DNA of 57,181 nucleotides from a virus. Lineage: Duplodnaviria > Caudoviricetes. The position numbers and the translations under genes are program-made. The stretch is taken from the IMG/VR virus record IMGVR_UViG_3300015360_000051, positions 1 through 57,181 of that record, one strand, 5' to 3'. Positions within the stretch are counted from its first letter, which is position 1, and the number at the start of each line of letters is the position of its first letter. Of this stretch, positions 56,501 to 57,181 are shown piece after piece. A model generated the notes under the pieces. It saw nothing but the letters and a program-made list of their open reading frames with translations. It made no database searches and had not been told where the DNA came from.

Positions 56501-56747
56501 AAATGGTAAGCGCCACCGTTACGACGGCCTGCCTGCCGTTGTGCGAGCGGACGGACACAAGGAATGGCACTGGAACGGGCACCTGCATCGTAACAACGAC
56601 TTGCCCGCAATCGAATGGACAAGCGGAGGTCGGTCGTATTACAAGGACGGGAAACTCCATCGAGACGGTGGCCAGCCCGCCAAGGAACAACCAAACGGTA
56701 ACCATGAGTGGTGGGTGGACGGAAAAAACTATCCCAAACCACAGTGA
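50544..56747 (+). CDS. 2067-aa polyvalent protein: Nudix, ART-like, HEAT-like, kinase, repeats, kinase, repeats
   Basis: Nudix box GGHLEHGESPERGAIRELFEETG; kinases DRHLNN..ID and DRHGDN..IDN; two HRDGGLPA blocks. Confidence 0.9.
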   Translation: MATPEGEATHSAEVALIQVTNAQGHLLLGKRNDTGKWTLPGGHLEHGESPERGAIRELFEETGLKPESLTYARKFSPHDGLTIHCFTALCLGDPHGDNDPDNECDKWEWVDVSDGIPEDMWENLAGPKNGNVVKQVFDQSLTKMDIKEVHDYNSSIDDHVPPPTSTNFPRPVKDNPHQHQIPAKPMAKVVHKTSLAQLNLYDREFQGYIPAPSLAIVHQDKDFDSFGDVTLIAHPRMVDPRVTNTHVYSGDSYSPRSGKPIWRSGLEANNSFASEVHNDPTASDTDRGTSRYSKESFAREFGEYFNSHHSVSVFHQGLLAVPGSSSGDVPRMVVDRFYAEHPLVGFGERGLNHQYLFDNWLSQKMKASGWQRKFSSSSSDGAVEDSDPETILRRMNRRPTFGGESHLTHASARKNPTMQGILLETKKFRSLNEIKAHTGQLIGHSGIEDNEEKINEQTQTLRDSLTADASKRGSTVTDEDIDHVVRGVHSGKYRTAKKAVQAILGGDVESKFPEVSGRIEEIIKLSTKRGQEYFEAKPRRLVHLSEFHTAVVPPTIFPEQLATLKRYGLNVVKQDANPSQVTNIARDHNLLLSEHSIDELQFAELQKSDDMDIEWLAKAMTTEDEVSTLLQHHDPMERRLALRLNTATPSHIRQGAFDADEEVWKEALAHPDSAIAKRAVLACTSNDKGEDLWPQQQHLLADDNLPAEALDTLYSTILHDNDIGDSSRKARLNEIAGHPNFDFPTENPDQSLAKHWGHDLIEGAHNIHPPTDSLAPNQAHNIDRHAAYKNDFDSHQHLVPVKNDKLAQLGENKKVIHKTKVSKYMVKPWTAGESISQQVFHAAGMGHIHQKSFTTEYVDKKTGKGTQATVIKIEPFHSTIASLNGWGGTGRVKHPLPDEPRHDPDDFIKGNILDAALGQNDRHLNNIMIDDISGKPLYIDSDACGKSIYGNWGEFKDSVEFSNFLSHSRSHLDGHLAKQLLGDRSEEAFRRKVHRLVQTWWPTVSEPIKAKLGELGDRGRSSVLENIHNNVSQLDRLVRGKSEDGSESVNDENGARKEWRNVEGLIHRDGDLPAIIRQNGENAYYKNGKRHRDGDLPAILGGPDGGVTYYKNGFRHRDGDQPAHKDKDAEAHYRDGKLHRDGGLPAVVHANGRKEWYEGGLHHRDGDLPAIEYEDGGKEYLYRGVRGRNGEDKPSIIRNGTETYYMDDLIHRMNDLPSVIGPGREEYFRLGRPHRDGGLPAVVVDKPGGVKEHHYFLNGVPYRPLGLPTYDDGAGYQEWRSADGLLHRLDGPAVIKGAVGEPYEEHYYKDGKLHREDGPAIFRRDGGHEFYEKGVQVFQTADGYRTLSSGLGGIKLKELRNKSGDLHSKNDLPAYIKIREGERGKERVIRKEWHKEGKVHRDGDLPAIELSDGTKFWYKDGLPHRDGGLPAIERLDGSKEWHVNGKRHRDNDLPAIEQADGSKEWFVNGKRHRDGDLPAVEWQDGHKAWYENGQPHRDGGLPAVEWADGHKEWKVNGYLHRDGDLPAIERPDGARQWYVRGKRHRDNDLPAIEWPDGTRSWWVDGQHYRDGGLPTIERAGIPGVKKALESGWADNLHSKPDQMPTVFRANDAVKKYKQFEGTHKTFETHEPVQPSKALFQKHVQDSPHLIPTPPPTSNMGGVENKHVHEFEDDSGAYHRFLIKGYHSNYAMHSGFGELMSQDAYHAGNIGHLHQKSFATTDDQGNPALVIHMDHSRNVGVDDWPEHAEDYHKIAMMDFLLQNGDRHGDNIMSPPLAIDNAASSYMDFYGGNVPPTQEELWKDSDALERIPNNLGTKHSPGIKEWWNQNKVAIKDSVHRNFRKVLPDDDGDVNHAHSRLDARFDDLDSSVNFKFGQHTRVSEGVTNSLNEHGLAHSFDDQPALIMRGGGLKIWMKNGVKHRDGGLPAYVEDDGYEIHYKDGKVHRDGGLPAIEYADGGKEWHVNGKIHRDNGLPAVERADGTKEWWENGKRHRYDGLPAVVRADGHKEWHWNGHLHRNNDLPAIEWTSGGRSYYKDGKLHRDGGQPAKEQPNGNHEWWVDGKNYPKPQ

Positions 56748-56770
56748 TGGATTGATTTTTTGATGACCTG

Positions 56771-56799
56771 TGGACAATGTCCTGACAGTGTAGTAGAAT
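56771..56799 (+). promoter_or_regulatory. Sigma70-type promoter
   Basis: TGGACA-17-TAGAAT. Confidence 0.55.
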
Positions 56800-56811
56800 A
56801 AAGAGATATAA

Positions 56812-57015
56812 ATGATTGTCAAGATTACAGAAATGCACAGCCATGCTAGTCAGACCTATCGAGGGTCTGCCGATGATTTGCGGCGTCAATTGTTAATCCG
56901 GTACCCGTGGGCGGCGTACAGTTATTACAATCAGCAACATGATACGGAATCGCTCGACGACCTGCTTTTCAGAATTGGCACGAGTCAAAACCTTTCGGTG
57001 GAGTTCAAGAGGTAA
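56812..57015 (+). CDS. Small hypothetical protein
   Basis: 67 aa; similar to the next ORF. Confidence 0.7.
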   Translation: MIVKITEMHSHASQTYRGSADDLRRQLLIRYPWAAYSYYNQQHDTESLDDLLFRIGTSQNLSVEFKR

Positions 57016-57017
57016 CC

Positions 57018-57181
57018 ATGCCGCACATCGTCATTATAGACCACTACGCCGCTGATGGCGAAGACCGCCAGGATTTTGTCGGTAGCGAGAGCGATATAAA
57101 AAGCGACCTCCTACATCACTACCACTGGCTCTATGACCACGGGGGTCCTGGGGCCTCCCTGCCCACACTACTACACGCTCT
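57018..57181 (+). CDS. Small hypothetical protein, paralog of the previous ORF (3'-truncated)
   Basis: GAGG SD; FVGSESDIKSDLLHHYHWL aligns with YRGSADDLRRQLLIRYPWA. Confidence 0.6.
   Translation, partial: MPHIVIIDHYAADGEDRQDFVGSESDIKSDLLHHYHWLYDHGGPGASLPTLLHA

Overview
57-kb fragment of a large tailed dsDNA phage genome, with no tRNA, rRNA or CRISPR detected. Left part: replication and recombination genes (SbcC/SbcD, endonuclease VII, class II ribonucleotide reductase, DnaE split into two genes, SSB-like, RecA, primase, DnaB), plus ClpP, a PLP aminotransferase and a GroES-like protein. Right part: an SPO1/Twort-style head module (TerL, portal, MuF, prohead protease, scaffold, major capsid protein, head completion). 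Four things stand out. (1) Two head-module polyproteins look like virion cargo whose domains are separated by L-x-K-[A/S]-type motifs matching the predicted capsid maturation site. One is protease + copy of the capsid N-arm + HhH glycosylase-like + intact GGDEF. The other is Nudix + ART-like + HEAT-like + two HipA/PI3-4K-like kinases. (2) A 24-aa beta-hairpin repeat (HRDGGLPAxExxDG) occurs in 15 stand-alone genes at four loci and twice in the kinase polyprotein, with near-identical DNA blocks shared between loci, suggesting cassette shuffling. (3) The DnaE active site is divided between two ORFs at what looks like a catalytically dead split-intein remnant. (4) Duplicated leaderless sigma70-type promoter cassettes and a candidate CAATCTT late-promoter motif. 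All family calls come from motif reading by eye; no database searches were run.
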